From the IMG/VR virus record IMGVR_UViG_3300018494_004239: a DNA stretch of 64,000 nucleotides; one strand, written 5' to 3'. The stretch's first letter is position 1; every line of letters starts with the position of its first letter. Under the pieces are notes generated by a model. The model searched no databases. It was not told the DNA's origin and saw nothing but the letters and a program-made list of their open reading frames with translations. Below, piece after piece: positions 1 to 9,134 of the stretch. Source of the stretch: an uncultured virus (IMG/VR IMGVR_UViG_3300018494_004239) (Duplodnaviria > Heunggongvirae > Uroviricota > Caudoviricetes). The position numbers and the translations under genes were made by a program.

Positions 1-29
1 GAGGCACCTCGATGTCTGCCGTCGGTCGG

Positions 30-331
30 AGATGAGTGCACTTCCTGTGCAAAAAGTTTTTGAAGAGGCGACGAATTCGTCTTTCAGAGATGAATTTTCG
101 GTTTAATTTGGAAACTTTTTATCGCCGTTACCCTACCAGAGGCAGGCGGAGAAGTTTGTATGAAAAAAGTTTTTCGTTATTTTTTGGTTTGTTATATATA
201 TCATTGCAATGATATAGTTGTGCTGTCCGCAGGGATGGCAGATGAGTGCACTGTCTGATTTTGAAGTTTGCTAAAAAGTGCGTTATTCCATTTTTCAGAG
301 ATGAAAATGATGTATGGTTTGGAAATTTTTC
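30..331. repeat. Degenerate direct repeat, period about 210 bp
   Basis: AGATGAGTGCACT at 30-42 and 240-252; TTTCAGAGATGAA at 82-94 and 293-305; TTTGGAAA at 107-114 and 318-325 (offsets 210-211). Confidence 0.75.
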
Positions 332-353
332 GGAAGGTTGGTTCGCTATTTTA

Positions 354-376
354 GGGGACTGGGGAGGGAGGGTGGG
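354..376 (+). other. Putative G-quadruplex-forming motif
   Basis: GGGGACTGGGGAGGGAGGGTGGG: five G-runs of 3 or more with 1-3 nt loops, in AT-rich intergenic DNA. Confidence 0.6.
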
Positions 377-451
377 TTGATGTTGAATTTGGAATTTTAC
401 AAAACCTCCGCAAAAGATAAGAAAATGCGGAGGTTTAGTGAAATATTTTGG

Positions 452-480
452 TTGACATTGCGGGTAATTTGTGGTATAAT
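452..480 (+). promoter_or_regulatory. sigma70/sigmaA promoter with extended -10
   Basis: TTGACA 452-457, 17 bp spacer, TG-N-TATAAT ending at 480. Confidence 0.85.
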
Positions 481-516
481 ATAATAAAGAAAACGGAGAA
501 AGAGGTGACTCAAAAA

Positions 517-1176
517 ATGACAAAAGCACATATCTATGTATATGGTTGTATGCACGATGTTGTGGTATATAAAGCGGATTTCCCAAGAATAGACCCGAAT
601 GTTGTTTATACACTTGAGGAACTTCAAGATATGGGTTTATCTGTTTTATCACCTGCTTGGCACTACTGCAACAGAAACGATGAAGTTCGTGATAATTTCG
701 GCGAGAAGATTAGCGTTGTAATTGATGGAATTGACTATGATAAAATCCGCAGAGATTACAATGCTTGTGCAGAAGTTACCTTAATTTTGAGCACACCTGC
801 TGTTTTTACCTTTTCTGATGGTGATAAAAATTATTACATTGACAGAACAACAGTCCTTGCAAAATATACGACACAGCACATTGAGGAACGGATTGTTTAT
901 CGACTTTCTGTTTTATCGAAGAATAATTATGATGAGGATTTGTATAAATATTTGGTAGAAAATTTCTCTACCGAACGAAAGTTAAGTTTTGAAGAAAGTA
1001 ATATCATTGGTCTTTCTGAAAATCAATTCTCTGTTTTGGCCAACTATATTGGAGATGTTGATTTCCAAAAGGAGTGGAGCGATGAAGATGGTGGTAACCT
1101 CTTTGTTGCTTGGTATAATCCAGATTTTCAAAAAGTAAAAAGCAATGATATTCCGTACTATGAGGTAATGATATAA
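517..1176 (+). CDS. Hypothetical protein, paralog of the next ORF
   Basis: ORF; ATG 517 follows GAGGTG RBS and the promoter; shares DFPxIDPN, DxxKIxxDY, FxDGxK and ExFxxERxL motifs with 1176-1625. Confidence 0.75.
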   Translation: MTKAHIYVYGCMHDVVVYKADFPRIDPNVVYTLEELQDMGLSVLSPAWHYCNRNDEVRDNFGEKISVVIDGIDYDKIRRDYNACAEVTLILSTPAVFTFSDGDKNYYIDRTTVLAKYTTQHIEERIVYRLSVLSKNNYDEDLYKYLVENFSTERKLSFEESNIIGLSENQFSVLANYIGDVDFQKEWSDEDGGNLFVAWYNPDFQKVKSNDIPYYEVMI

Positions 1177-1625
1177 TGTATAATTTCTCCAACAAAATTA
1201 CATTTTTACTGGTTGATTATCCCGATATTGACCCTAATGAAATATATGAATACGATGACCTAATTAATGCAGGATACACCCTTGTTCCATCCAAAAATAA
1301 GAAGGCATTGCTTCGCAGAAACGAAATCGTAAAGAAGTATGGGATTCCAATGCAGGTTGTAGTTGAAAACTATGATTTGAACAAAATTGCAGTGGATTAC
1401 GAAGCAAGAGGTAAGGTTCGTTTGGTACAAAGAAGTGGACTTTGGGTAATTTTTACCGATGGAAGAAAAGAAATCGCAATTTCTGTAGGCGAAATCGCTA
1501 ATTATTCCACTCCTTCTGTAAAAACATTCTTTGTTCTGAAGGAAGAAGAAGTTGCAGACATCATAGATGATGAATATGTCGAGGAATATATAAAGGAAAG
1601 TTTCGTTGTTGAACGGGATTTGTAA
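1176..1625 (+). CDS. Hypothetical protein, paralog of 517-1176, possibly truncated by an internal TAA
   Basis: TAATG coupling to the upstream gene; frame stays open for 43 codons past the stop, to 1757. Confidence 0.7.
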   Translation: MYNFSNKITFLLVDYPDIDPNEIYEYDDLINAGYTLVPSKNKKALLRRNEIVKKYGIPMQVVVENYDLNKIAVDYEARGKVRLVQRSGLWVIFTDGRKEIAISVGEIANYSTPSVKTFFVLKEEEVADIIDDEYVEEYIKESFVVERDL

Positions 1626-1760
1626 CCAGATTTGATTTCCCAGACATTTTTGTCAAAAGGACAAATATTGGGCATAGAGAATTTATCGTATGCAGAATTG
1701 TATTCCAAATACGATGAAAACAATCCAAATATCTATGCAAAAATTGTGCATCAATAATCG

Positions 1761-1790
1761 TTTTGCCCCTATGAAAAATAGGGGCAAAAA
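1761..1790 (+). terminator. Intrinsic terminator-like hairpin
   Basis: TTTTGCCCCTAT-GAAAA-ATAGGGGCAAAA inverted repeat. Confidence 0.7.
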
Positions 1791-1804
1791 TATGAAAAAA
1801 GTAG

Positions 1805-1833
1805 TTGACAAATGACTTTATTTATGCTATAAT
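1805..1833 (+). promoter_or_regulatory. sigma70 promoter of the tRNA
   Basis: TTGACA 1805-1810, N17, TATAAT 1828-1833 with TG extension. Confidence 0.85.
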
Positions 1834-1853
1834 AAGCACACCGTAAGAGATAC

Positions 1854-1930
1854 GGGCCTTTAGCTCAGCTGGTGAGAGCTCTCGGCTCATAACCGAATGG
1901 TCGTAGGTTCGAATCCTACAAGGCCCACCA
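1854..1930 (+). tRNA. tRNA with CAT anticodon, most likely tRNA-Ile2 (lysidine type)
   Basis: Cloverleaf: acceptor GGGCCTT/AAGGCCC, D-arm AGCTCAGCTGGTGAGAGC, loop CTCATAA, T-loop GGTTCGAATCC, encoded CCA; body resembles Firmicutes Ile2 rather than initiator or elongator Met. Confidence 0.9.
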
Positions 1931-1933
1931 TAG

Positions 1934-1972
1934 AAAATGCGAGATGTTGTTTTTCAATGTCTCGCATTTTTT
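1934..1972 (+). terminator. Terminator after the tRNA
   Basis: AAAATGCGAGA...TCTCGCATTTTTT. Confidence 0.7.
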
Positions 1973-2046
1973 CTTTCTTTTCTCTTGCATTTTTGTCTGA
2001 ATTAGATTATAATTTTAGTAAAATTACGAAATTTGGAGGTAATAGT

Positions 2047-2829
2047 ATGAATTGTCCCAGATGCGGTGCAGTAAATGCCGAAAGTGCAAAAAAGTGCAAT
2101 AACTGCAGTTCTCCCACAGGAGCACGAGATGCCGTGAATAGAGTGAAACCAGATGCTGATATGTATGGGCACTGGACAAAAGAAATCGTTGTTGACGAAT
2201 ATAGAAATATTGCGAGAAATAAATATATCAATAAGTTACCAGAAATGCTTTTTGTGGTTTCTTCCAAACCGAAAAATAATAATAAAGCAAGTGAGGGTAT
2301 GATTGTAATTTTTGTTGCTTTCTGTATTACTTTCGTTGTGCCGAGTATTATTGGTACATTTTTATCAACAATTGCTAATATGATTTTGTTTTTGGTCTGC
2401 TTTGGTTGCTCTGTTTTTTGGATTTACACACAGAGAGGTGCATTTAAATCCAATAAAACTCCAACAACTGCAAACGAATTCCATAATAAGCAAATGGAAA
2501 TGCTTCACAAAAGAAAAAAATTGTACTATTCCAGTCCTAATGTTTTAGGATATAGTGTTTATAATGGTAGATACATTCAGAAGGCAGATAATTTCCAAGA
2601 AGAAAAAATCTTCGATTACTATATCTACTACGAAGTAGAAAAAAGAAATATCAATACCGTTTATTACGATGACCATTTTGGCGAATATGTTTTTACACTC
2701 CATAAACCAGTTTATATGGATTATGATATGCCTATGGTGAGCGAATTTAGATTGCCCGATATTTTTGATGACACATCATTGTCTATGGCACTTGATATTG
2801 ATTTACCGCCAAGAAATACACCATTCTAA
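2047..2829 (+). CDS. Zinc-ribbon membrane protein, tandem paralog 1
   Basis: GGAGG RBS before ATG 2047; N-terminal CxxC..CxxC; two hydrophobic helices; C-terminal DIFDDT..L..LPP.N.PF. Confidence 0.8.
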   Translation: MNCPRCGAVNAESAKKCNNCSSPTGARDAVNRVKPDADMYGHWTKEIVVDEYRNIARNKYINKLPEMLFVVSSKPKNNNKASEGMIVIFVAFCITFVVPSIIGTFLSTIANMILFLVCFGCSVFWIYTQRGAFKSNKTPTTANEFHNKQMEMLHKRKKLYYSSPNVLGYSVYNGRYIQKADNFQEEKIFDYYIYYEVEKRNINTVYYDDHFGEYVFTLHKPVYMDYDMPMVSEFRLPDIFDDTSLSMALDIDLPPRNTPF

Positions 2830-2844
2830 TAAGGAGGTATCATT

Positions 2845-3648
2845 ATGCAGTGTAAAAAATGTAAGAAAAATATACCGTTTTTCGCATCTAAATGTAATCA
2901 CTGTCACAGAGATTCTGGTTGGAAATTGCCAGAACACAATGAGATTACAGAAGATATGTTTGAACAACGTGTAATCAGAGTTCCAGTTGATTATAATAAA
3001 AAGACTGCACGGCAAAATTATCTTAATACTTTGCCAGAGTATCAAGAATTAAATGCCATTGTGGAAGCACAAAGACCAAAGAGAATGGGACTTGGTAAAG
3101 CATTCTTAAAAACAATGCTGATTTTAGCAATTTCATTTGCATTGATTTTTGTTGGTTTTTATTTTGTAAAAATAGCGGATAGCGAAACACTTAAAACATT
3201 CCTTCCAGTTATAATTGGCGGAGTGATTGTTGTTTATGTACTTTTTGCAACAACAGATATTTTAAAGCGAGGTAAGAAAAAGAGACTTGCTGCGAGAGAA
3301 AAAGTTTTGCGATTGCACGATACCAAAGGCACATATTATGCTAACCAGAATGTTTTCGGATATATCAAATATGACCATATGAAAAGTTTTACTCGCAAAG
3401 TGGGCGAAGATGATTACGAAACATACTACAAACATTATTATGCTTATTATGAGATTGAAAAGAGGAATATTAAAAGCATTACTTATGACCCATATTATGC
3501 AGAATATGTTGTAATTATGAATAAACCAGTTTACTACGATTATAACTTTGCACCAACTGTTGAATTTAGAATTCAAGATGTGTTTGACGATACAGAACTT
3601 TCTAATGCTTTGGAAAGAAACTTGCCTCCTAAAAATATAAGATTTTAA
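2845..3648 (+). CDS. Zinc-ribbon membrane protein, tandem paralog 2
   Basis: AGGAGG RBS; CKKC..CNHC; two TM segments; same C-terminal domain. Confidence 0.85.
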   Translation: MQCKKCKKNIPFFASKCNHCHRDSGWKLPEHNEITEDMFEQRVIRVPVDYNKKTARQNYLNTLPEYQELNAIVEAQRPKRMGLGKAFLKTMLILAISFALIFVGFYFVKIADSETLKTFLPVIIGGVIVVYVLFATTDILKRGKKKRLAAREKVLRLHDTKGTYYANQNVFGYIKYDHMKSFTRKVGEDDYETYYKHYYAYYEIEKRNIKSITYDPYYAEYVVIMNKPVYYDYNFAPTVEFRIQDVFDDTELSNALERNLPPKNIRF

Positions 3649-3660
3649 GGAGGAGCATAA

Positions 3661-4203
3661 ATGATATGTAGAAAATGTGGTGCCGCAATTCCCTTTGCTT
3701 CTTTGAAATGCAATAATTGTCATTCCGATGTCTGGAATAAAATGGGGAATGAGTTAGTTCCACCAACAGATATGTATGGAAATAAGGTCATTGCTTTTAC
3801 ACCAGATGAAGCGAAGGATAGAGCAAGGTGGAGATACTACAATCAAGTCTTGCTTAACGAGAGCAATGCTAATACACCAGAATTTCAGATACATTGCCGT
3901 AAGGCATGTTATTATGTAAATAAAAATGTTATTGGTTATTCTTTGTTGAAAAAAACTGTTGAAAGTAAATGGGGAGACAAAATTACCAATTACTATACTT
4001 ATCATGAAATCGATAGAAAAAATATTCGTGGGGTTGGGTATGATAGCAAATATGGTGAATATATTATTTTGCTATATCAACCAGTATATGTTGATTATGA
4101 TTTGCCACCAACAACTGAATTTCGTTTTCAGGATATTTTCGATGATACAAAATTAACAATAGCATTAAAGTGTAGTTTACCTGCTAAAAATATGCCATTT
4201 TAA
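3661..4203 (+). CDS. Zinc-ribbon protein, tandem paralog 3, lacking the TM segments
   Basis: CRKC..CNNC; same C-terminal domain; hydrophobic middle absent. Confidence 0.85.
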   Translation: MICRKCGAAIPFASLKCNNCHSDVWNKMGNELVPPTDMYGNKVIAFTPDEAKDRARWRYYNQVLLNESNANTPEFQIHCRKACYYVNKNVIGYSLLKKTVESKWGDKITNYYTYHEIDRKNIRGVGYDSKYGEYIILLYQPVYVDYDLPPTTEFRFQDIFDDTKLTIALKCSLPAKNMPF

Positions 4204-4207
4204 TACA

Positions 4208-4240
4208 AAAAGACCGTTCTTTTTATAAGAACGGTCTTTG
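4208..4240. terminator. Bidirectional terminator between convergent genes
   Basis: AAAGACCGTTCT...AGAACGGTCTTT. Confidence 0.75.
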
Positions 4241-4243
4241 TTA

Positions 4244-4723
4244 TTAGTTTTTAACGAAAATTTCGTGCACCTCTGAAGGTAAATATTGAGAAATGTCTTT
4301 ACCAAACGAATGTAATTCTCTTACCATTGAAGAAGAAATAACATCGTTTTTGGCGCGAAAATAAATTGTTTTTAACTCTGGATTGATTTCGTGATTGATT
4401 TTTGCAATATTTTCTTCGTACATATAATCGGAGGTGTTTCTTAAACCACGAACAAGATATTCGATGTCATTGATTTCGCAGAATTCTGCTACGAGACCTT
4501 TCGTGATTACAACTTGTACATTATTTAATCCCTTACGACCAAGTACTCTACCAATAGCGAGTGCCATCTCTCGAACATCGGTCTTTCGATTTTTGCTTGG
4601 ATTATTTGCTATACAAACAAAAACTTTATCAAACAACTTGCTTGCTTCTTCTACAACAGATAAATGACCGTTTGTAAAGGGGTCAAAACTTCCTGCATAA
4701 ATTGCTCTCGTTTCTTTTGCCAT
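4244..4723 (-). CDS. coaD: Pantetheine-phosphate adenylyltransferase
   Basis: YAGSFDPFTNGH, VRGLR..DY.YE and ISSSMVRE motifs. Confidence 0.92.
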   Translation of the reverse strand: MAKETRAIYAGSFDPFTNGHLSVVEEASKLFDKVFVCIANNPSKNRKTDVREMALAIGRVLGRKGLNNVQVVITKGLVAEFCEINDIEYLVRGLRNTSDYMYEENIAKINHEINPELKTIYFRAKNDVISSSMVRELHSFGKDISQYLPSEVHEIFVKN

Positions 4724-4724
4724 T

Positions 4725-5192
4725 TTACTCACCATCCTTCAAAATATAAATTTCAGATGTAACCATATCTGTTTTCTGAATATAACAATGAGGCGTGTTT
4801 TGGGTTCTCATTGAAGTATAACCAAGGTCTTTAAGACCTTTTTCAACTTGTTCAATTTTTTCAGATGTCCTGCGAACATTAAAGTCGCTTTCTGTATTAG
4901 CACCCCAAGTATCGCTCACACTTTCTTTTGTTACGATAATACATTCGTTTCTATCATAAGACATTAGTGCGAACATAATGATTTCTTCACAGTCATTATC
5001 ATCGCTGCCAGTCTTGATTGCTTTTAAAAATTGCGGGGTATCATAAGAAATACCACAAGACATAGGCATGCTGGGGATTCTATAACCAACGAAAGATAGT
5101 GCGGTTGCTAATCCATTGATGAAAATTAGTGCTTCTTTTTCTGTTTGAAATTTTTCAGTAGAAAGGTCATTTAAGTTAATTACTTTATACAT
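4725..5192 (-). CDS. Hypothetical protein
   Basis: ORF with AAGGAG RBS; minus-strand promoter at 5224-5252. Confidence 0.7.
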   Translation of the reverse strand: MYKVINLNDLSTEKFQTEKEALIFINGLATALSFVGYRIPSMPMSCGISYDTPQFLKAIKTGSDDNDCEEIIMFALMSYDRNECIIVTKESVSDTWGANTESDFNVRRTSEKIEQVEKGLKDLGYTSMRTQNTPHCYIQKTDMVTSEIYILKDGE

Positions 5193-5302
5193 ATTTACAA
5201 CTCCTTCATCCTTATTTGTTATTATTATACCACAAATTATTCGCAATGTCAACATAAAAAACAAATATTGCTCTCACTTTCGTGAGAGCAATATCTGTTA
5301 AC

Positions 5303-6019
5303 TTATTCAGTTACTTTGCGATATGTCTGGCGAGCAACACTTGCTGCACAAACATAAGCACCTTCGGGAGAAATAACGAGCAAGTCGCCAACCTTCAAAG
5401 CAGTGGTATCGACCATGCCGTTTTCATCCATAGAATTGTTGCGCCAATCGTCTGCCCAATATCTCAAACCAGCATCCCACAATTCCTGTGTGACTTCAAT
5501 GCACATCTTATCTTCTGCATCAGTATGAATGAGCAGAAGGTCGATGCCATAAGGCATAAAACTGTCGCAAAACAGGTCTCTGTCTCTTTCGGTCTTGAGC
5601 GAGTTATAGATGCGAGCAAAGTTTGCCAGTCCTTCGGGCGAAAAGCGACCAATGGGTTTGGTATCGCCAGCTTCGATGGCACGAGAAACCTTCTTTTCTG
5701 TCCAAGCATAAGCATCGTAAGTGTTATTGCCATCGATAACACCAGAAGAGGAAGCATCTTCAAAGGTCTCTTCAATGAGGTGACCATCAATGGCACGAAC
5801 GACCATATGGCCATCTTTGTAAATCTGACCTTCAGGATTTTCCTTACTTCTTACACAAGTGACCTGTGCAGAAGCAAAACCATATCTCTTCATACTGGGA
5901 ATAACGATGTTGTCCATTGACAACTTAATATAGGGAACAGCCAAGGTCTTTGCAAGTTCGTGAATCATAGAACAAGCGGTTGCATAATGCATGCGAGGGG
6001 AAGTTTCAAAAGTTTTCAT
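5303..6019 (-). CDS. Hypothetical protein
   Basis: ORF with AAGGAGG RBS; C-terminal VGDLLV...Y.....RQTY weakly recalls PGDYG-type phage proteins. Confidence 0.7.
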   Translation of the reverse strand: MKTFETSPRMHYATACSMIHELAKTLAVPYIKLSMDNIVIPSMKRYGFASAQVTCVRSKENPEGQIYKDGHMVVRAIDGHLIEETFEDASSSGVIDGNNTYDAYAWTEKKVSRAIEAGDTKPIGRFSPEGLANFARIYNSLKTERDRDLFCDSFMPYGIDLLLIHTDAEDKMCIEVTQELWDAGLRYWADDWRNNSMDENGMVDTTALKVGDLLVISPEGAYVCAASVARQTYRKVTE

Positions 6020-6201
6020 AAGTAATGTCCTCCTTAAAGACAGCGACAATTGGAGAAAATTGTCAAATCAAAATATTAGTTAGTGTGTATATGTCAAAGA
6101 TTAAAGTTATTTAGATGTTCTCCTGCAAATATAACAAAAATCTGATATAAATATTATAATAAAGAAAAAAAGAAATTTCAAAAAATAAAAACAACCTTCG
6201 C

Positions 6202-7053
6202 TTATTTCGAAGGTTGCTCTATGAGATTTCTGTATTCTGCTGGAACTATATGGGATAAATAATTGAAATTTGGAATGTCTGCTGCCTTATTTTGTGAAAT
6301 CGAATATACTAAACAAATATTTTCACTTAATTCTGATAAAAGAAAATATTTTGTTACATTACGGGAAGTTACTTTGTAACTTTCGAACTCTATATCGCTA
6401 ATGATATAGTTTTCTAATCTTTCAATTTCGTCTTTTTTATTAAGTTGCAAAACATCTAAATTGTGTTCTGTTTGCGATTCTCTTAAAGAGACATTGATTA
6501 AATATTTATCTGTGATGATATTGCCATACCAATCTTTCATAAAAAATTCCAATACATTATTAGGTTTATGGATGTAAACAGATACGGAATAATCTTCTGT
6601 ATTTTCGCCCGTACTTTTAATTGGTTTTTTTAATTCAAACATATAGAAAATTTGATTATGATAAATAGACGATGTATCGCTTACTGGAGATAGTTTGTCC
6701 ATATCTTCAAGCGGGAGTGTTGGAATGACAGTCTTATCCACTTCCATTTGAGATAATTCGACTTTTTTATTTTCAAACATCTTGTTTGTGATAGAATTGT
6801 ACGATATGTTTATGATATGAATGATTAAAACACCAACAACAATTAACAGCAGAGTGAAAACAAGAATTTTAGCATCCCTCACAATATCAACATTAACTCT
6901 CCCAGCGAGTAAATCATATAAAGTTTCGCATTTTTTCTTAATAAAGCTAAAACCAGCGAGAACTTTTCCCTTTATATATTTAAGAAAAGAAAGCATCTTA
7001 CTTAAAAAAGTATGCAGATGCTTTTCTTTATTTGATTTGTTTTGCATCTGCAT
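6202..7053 (-). CDS. Hypothetical membrane-anchored protein
   Basis: 283-aa ORF with one hydrophobic helix (ILVFTLLLIVVGVLIIHII), directly downstream of metK. Confidence 0.7.
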   Translation of the reverse strand: MQMQNKSNKEKHLHTFLSKMLSFLKYIKGKVLAGFSFIKKKCETLYDLLAGRVNVDIVRDAKILVFTLLLIVVGVLIIHIINISYNSITNKMFENKKVELSQMEVDKTVIPTLPLEDMDKLSPVSDTSSIYHNQIFYMFELKKPIKSTGENTEDYSVSVYIHKPNNVLEFFMKDWYGNIITDKYLINVSLRESQTEHNLDVLQLNKKDEIERLENYIISDIEFESYKVTSRNVTKYFLLSELSENICLVYSISQNKAADIPNFNYLSHIVPAEYRNLIEQPSK

Positions 7054-7068
7054 ACCTCTCTTTCTAAA

Positions 7069-8124
7069 TTATTTTTCCCAAGATACATCCTTGTTCCCAA
7101 AATGTCCGTAGGAACTTACTTTATTATAATCTACATTGAGTAAGTCTAATGACTTAATGATTCCTTGTGGAGTTAAGTCATAATTATTTTTGATGTAATT
7201 TTCCAAATCCTCAATTGTGTAATCTTCTTCGATGCCTTCTGCAGTTACACAAATAGAAACGGGGTCTTTTACACCAATAGCATATGCAATTTGAATTTCA
7301 CACTTGTCACAAAATTCTTTTCTTACGAGGTCTTTTGCAATTTTACGTGCAATATAAGCACCAGAACGGTCAACTTTCGAGGCATCTTTGCCGCTGAAAC
7401 ACCCTCCACCATGGCGACACATACCGCCATAAGTATCTGCAATGATTTTTCTGCCTGTTAAACCGCTATCGCCGAAAGAACCAGAAACAACAAATCTTCC
7501 AGTTGGGTTGATTAGAATTTCAAAATCTGTATTGAGACCATAATGCTTTGCACTTCTATACATTACATCTTCAATATAACTTTTGAAATCATCTGTTTCA
7601 TATTCTTTTTTGTGAGAAGTGGAAATCAGAAAAGTTGTGATTCTGTGATTGTCATAATCAAACGATACCTGACTTTTTGCATCTCTGCCAAGCATTGGGT
7701 TTCTTTCTTTGTCTAAAATTTGCAGTGCATGTGTGGCAACTGCAAAGGGGATTGGTAACATTTCGGGAGTTTCGTTGGTTGCATAACCAAACATCATTCC
7801 TTGGTCGCCAGCACCACCTTTGTCAACACCCATTGCAATGTCGGCACTTTGTTTTGAAATATTGGTTTGAATTTTGAAATTCCTTACATCAAGGTCAATA
7901 TTAGATAAAACACCACAAACAATTCTGGTAATGGTTGCATCGTCTAAAGTTGCTTTTGATGTAACTTCGCCTACAATATAAATATCATTATCTTTAATCA
8001 TTGTCTCAACAGCAACACGACTTTGTTTGTCGTTCTGTAAAAGATAAGTTAAGATTGCATCACTGATTTGGTCGCAAATTTTATCTGGGTGTCCATTGGA
8101 AACCTGTTCGCTTGTAAAAATCAT
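7069..8124 (-). CDS. metK: S-adenosylmethionine synthetase
   Basis: FTSEQVSNGHPDKICDQISD, GAGDQG, GLTGRKIIADTYGG and GGGCFSGKD..KVDRS motifs. Confidence 0.97.
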   Translation of the reverse strand: MIFTSEQVSNGHPDKICDQISDAILTYLLQNDKQSRVAVETMIKDNDIYIVGEVTSKATLDDATITRIVCGVLSNIDLDVRNFKIQTNISKQSADIAMGVDKGGAGDQGMMFGYATNETPEMLPIPFAVATHALQILDKERNPMLGRDAKSQVSFDYDNHRITTFLISTSHKKEYETDDFKSYIEDVMYRSAKHYGLNTDFEILINPTGRFVVSGSFGDSGLTGRKIIADTYGGMCRHGGGCFSGKDASKVDRSGAYIARKIAKDLVRKEFCDKCEIQIAYAIGVKDPVSICVTAEGIEEDYTIEDLENYIKNNYDLTPQGIIKSLDLLNVDYNKVSSYGHFGNKDVSWEK

Positions 8125-8273
8125 ATGAAGTCCCTCTTTTCTGAAAAAGTGTTATTTTAAATATTATAGCACAGATAAGAGCATAAGTCAACACTAAAAA
8201 GACAAAAAATGGGTATTGACAGTGTTTCGATTTTATTATATAATAAAGGAAAGAAATATATGGAGGTATAATT

Positions 8274-8699
8274 ATGGACAAAATATTGTTTATGGAACAG
8301 ATGGAAGAAAACACTCGTTATAATCTTGTATTTCCTTTTCATATCGACCATTCTAAACTTTTAGGACGGAAGTTCTTTTCCGAAAGCGAAACCTCTTTTC
8401 ATCAACATACATTTGAAGATGTATTGAAAGATGCTTTTATGGAACCAAATGCTTTCTATCTGACAGATGAAGATAAAGAATTCTATTCTAAACAAGAATT
8501 AACCTTTGTTGAAAAAGTAATTGCTTGCGAAAAAGCAAAAATCGAAAAAGGTTATGAAATGATGTCTTTTGAACTCGAAAAAGAAACCATTAACTACATT
8601 AATATATATAAAGAGCAAAATAACTGCACTTTTGAGGAGGCAGTTAATAAAATTCTAAAAGAAATGATTGATTTCTATTCGCACGAAAACAAAGACTAA
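8274..8699 (+). CDS. Hypothetical protein, possible C-terminal ribbon-helix-helix
   Basis: Promoter 8216-8244, GGAGG RBS; C-terminal MSFELEKETINYI...TFEEAVNKILKE. Confidence 0.7.
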   Translation: MDKILFMEQMEENTRYNLVFPFHIDHSKLLGRKFFSESETSFHQHTFEDVLKDAFMEPNAFYLTDEDKEFYSKQELTFVEKVIACEKAKIEKGYEMMSFELEKETINYINIYKEQNNCTFEEAVNKILKEMIDFYSHENKD

Positions 8700-8706
8700 A
8701 GAACGA

Positions 8707-8732
8707 AAACACGACCCGAAGGTCGTGTTTTC
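8707..8732 (+). terminator. Intrinsic terminator
   Basis: AAAACACGACC-CGAA-GGTCGTGTTTT. Confidence 0.8.
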
Positions 8733-9134
8733 TTATGTATAGGGTTGAGAGAAGACCCTTTAATCCTTGTAATTTTTTCGTTGCTGTTTGCATCTGAACG
8801 AATTCGTGTGCCAAGGAATGGGAGGAACACACGATATATTAAACACCTATTTTACAAACTACTCTCTCAATAATTTGTTTTTCAATTTGCCACGGGGATA
8901 GCAAACAGATAATCGGATTAGGTGAAACCAATTATCTTATCTAATTAAAATTTCTCCAAATAAAAATGGAATAATTAGAACAACTATAATATAAAATATA
9001 TTAAAAAATTAATCAAAAAATTTTTTGAAATTAAGGGTTGACATTGGGAAAAGTTTGTGATATAATAAAAACACGGTTAGGGAAACCGTGCCAAAAAAAA
9101 TAAAAAATAAAATATATTCAGGAGGTTTTGAACT

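Noticed and set aside
128..652. 174-aa minus-strand ORF
   Set aside because: Crosses a promoter, the repeat region and a better-supported plus-strand gene; composition is not protein-like.
1897..2046. N-terminal extension of ORF 1897-2829
   Set aside because: Overlaps the tRNA and its terminator; the RBS and paralog alignment support ATG 2047.
4244..4723. CoaD-like gene as the missing NadD/NMNAT
   Set aside because: Motifs are CoaD-specific and no NrtR-type operator was seen upstream; moonlighting cannot be excluded without an assay.
5282..5920. 212-aa plus-strand ORF
   Set aside because: Antisense to 5303-6019, which has a strong RBS and a downstream terminator.
8733..9000. Possible gene or ncRNA in the gap before flotillin
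   Set aside because: Only short ORFs without good starts, and no convincing structure.
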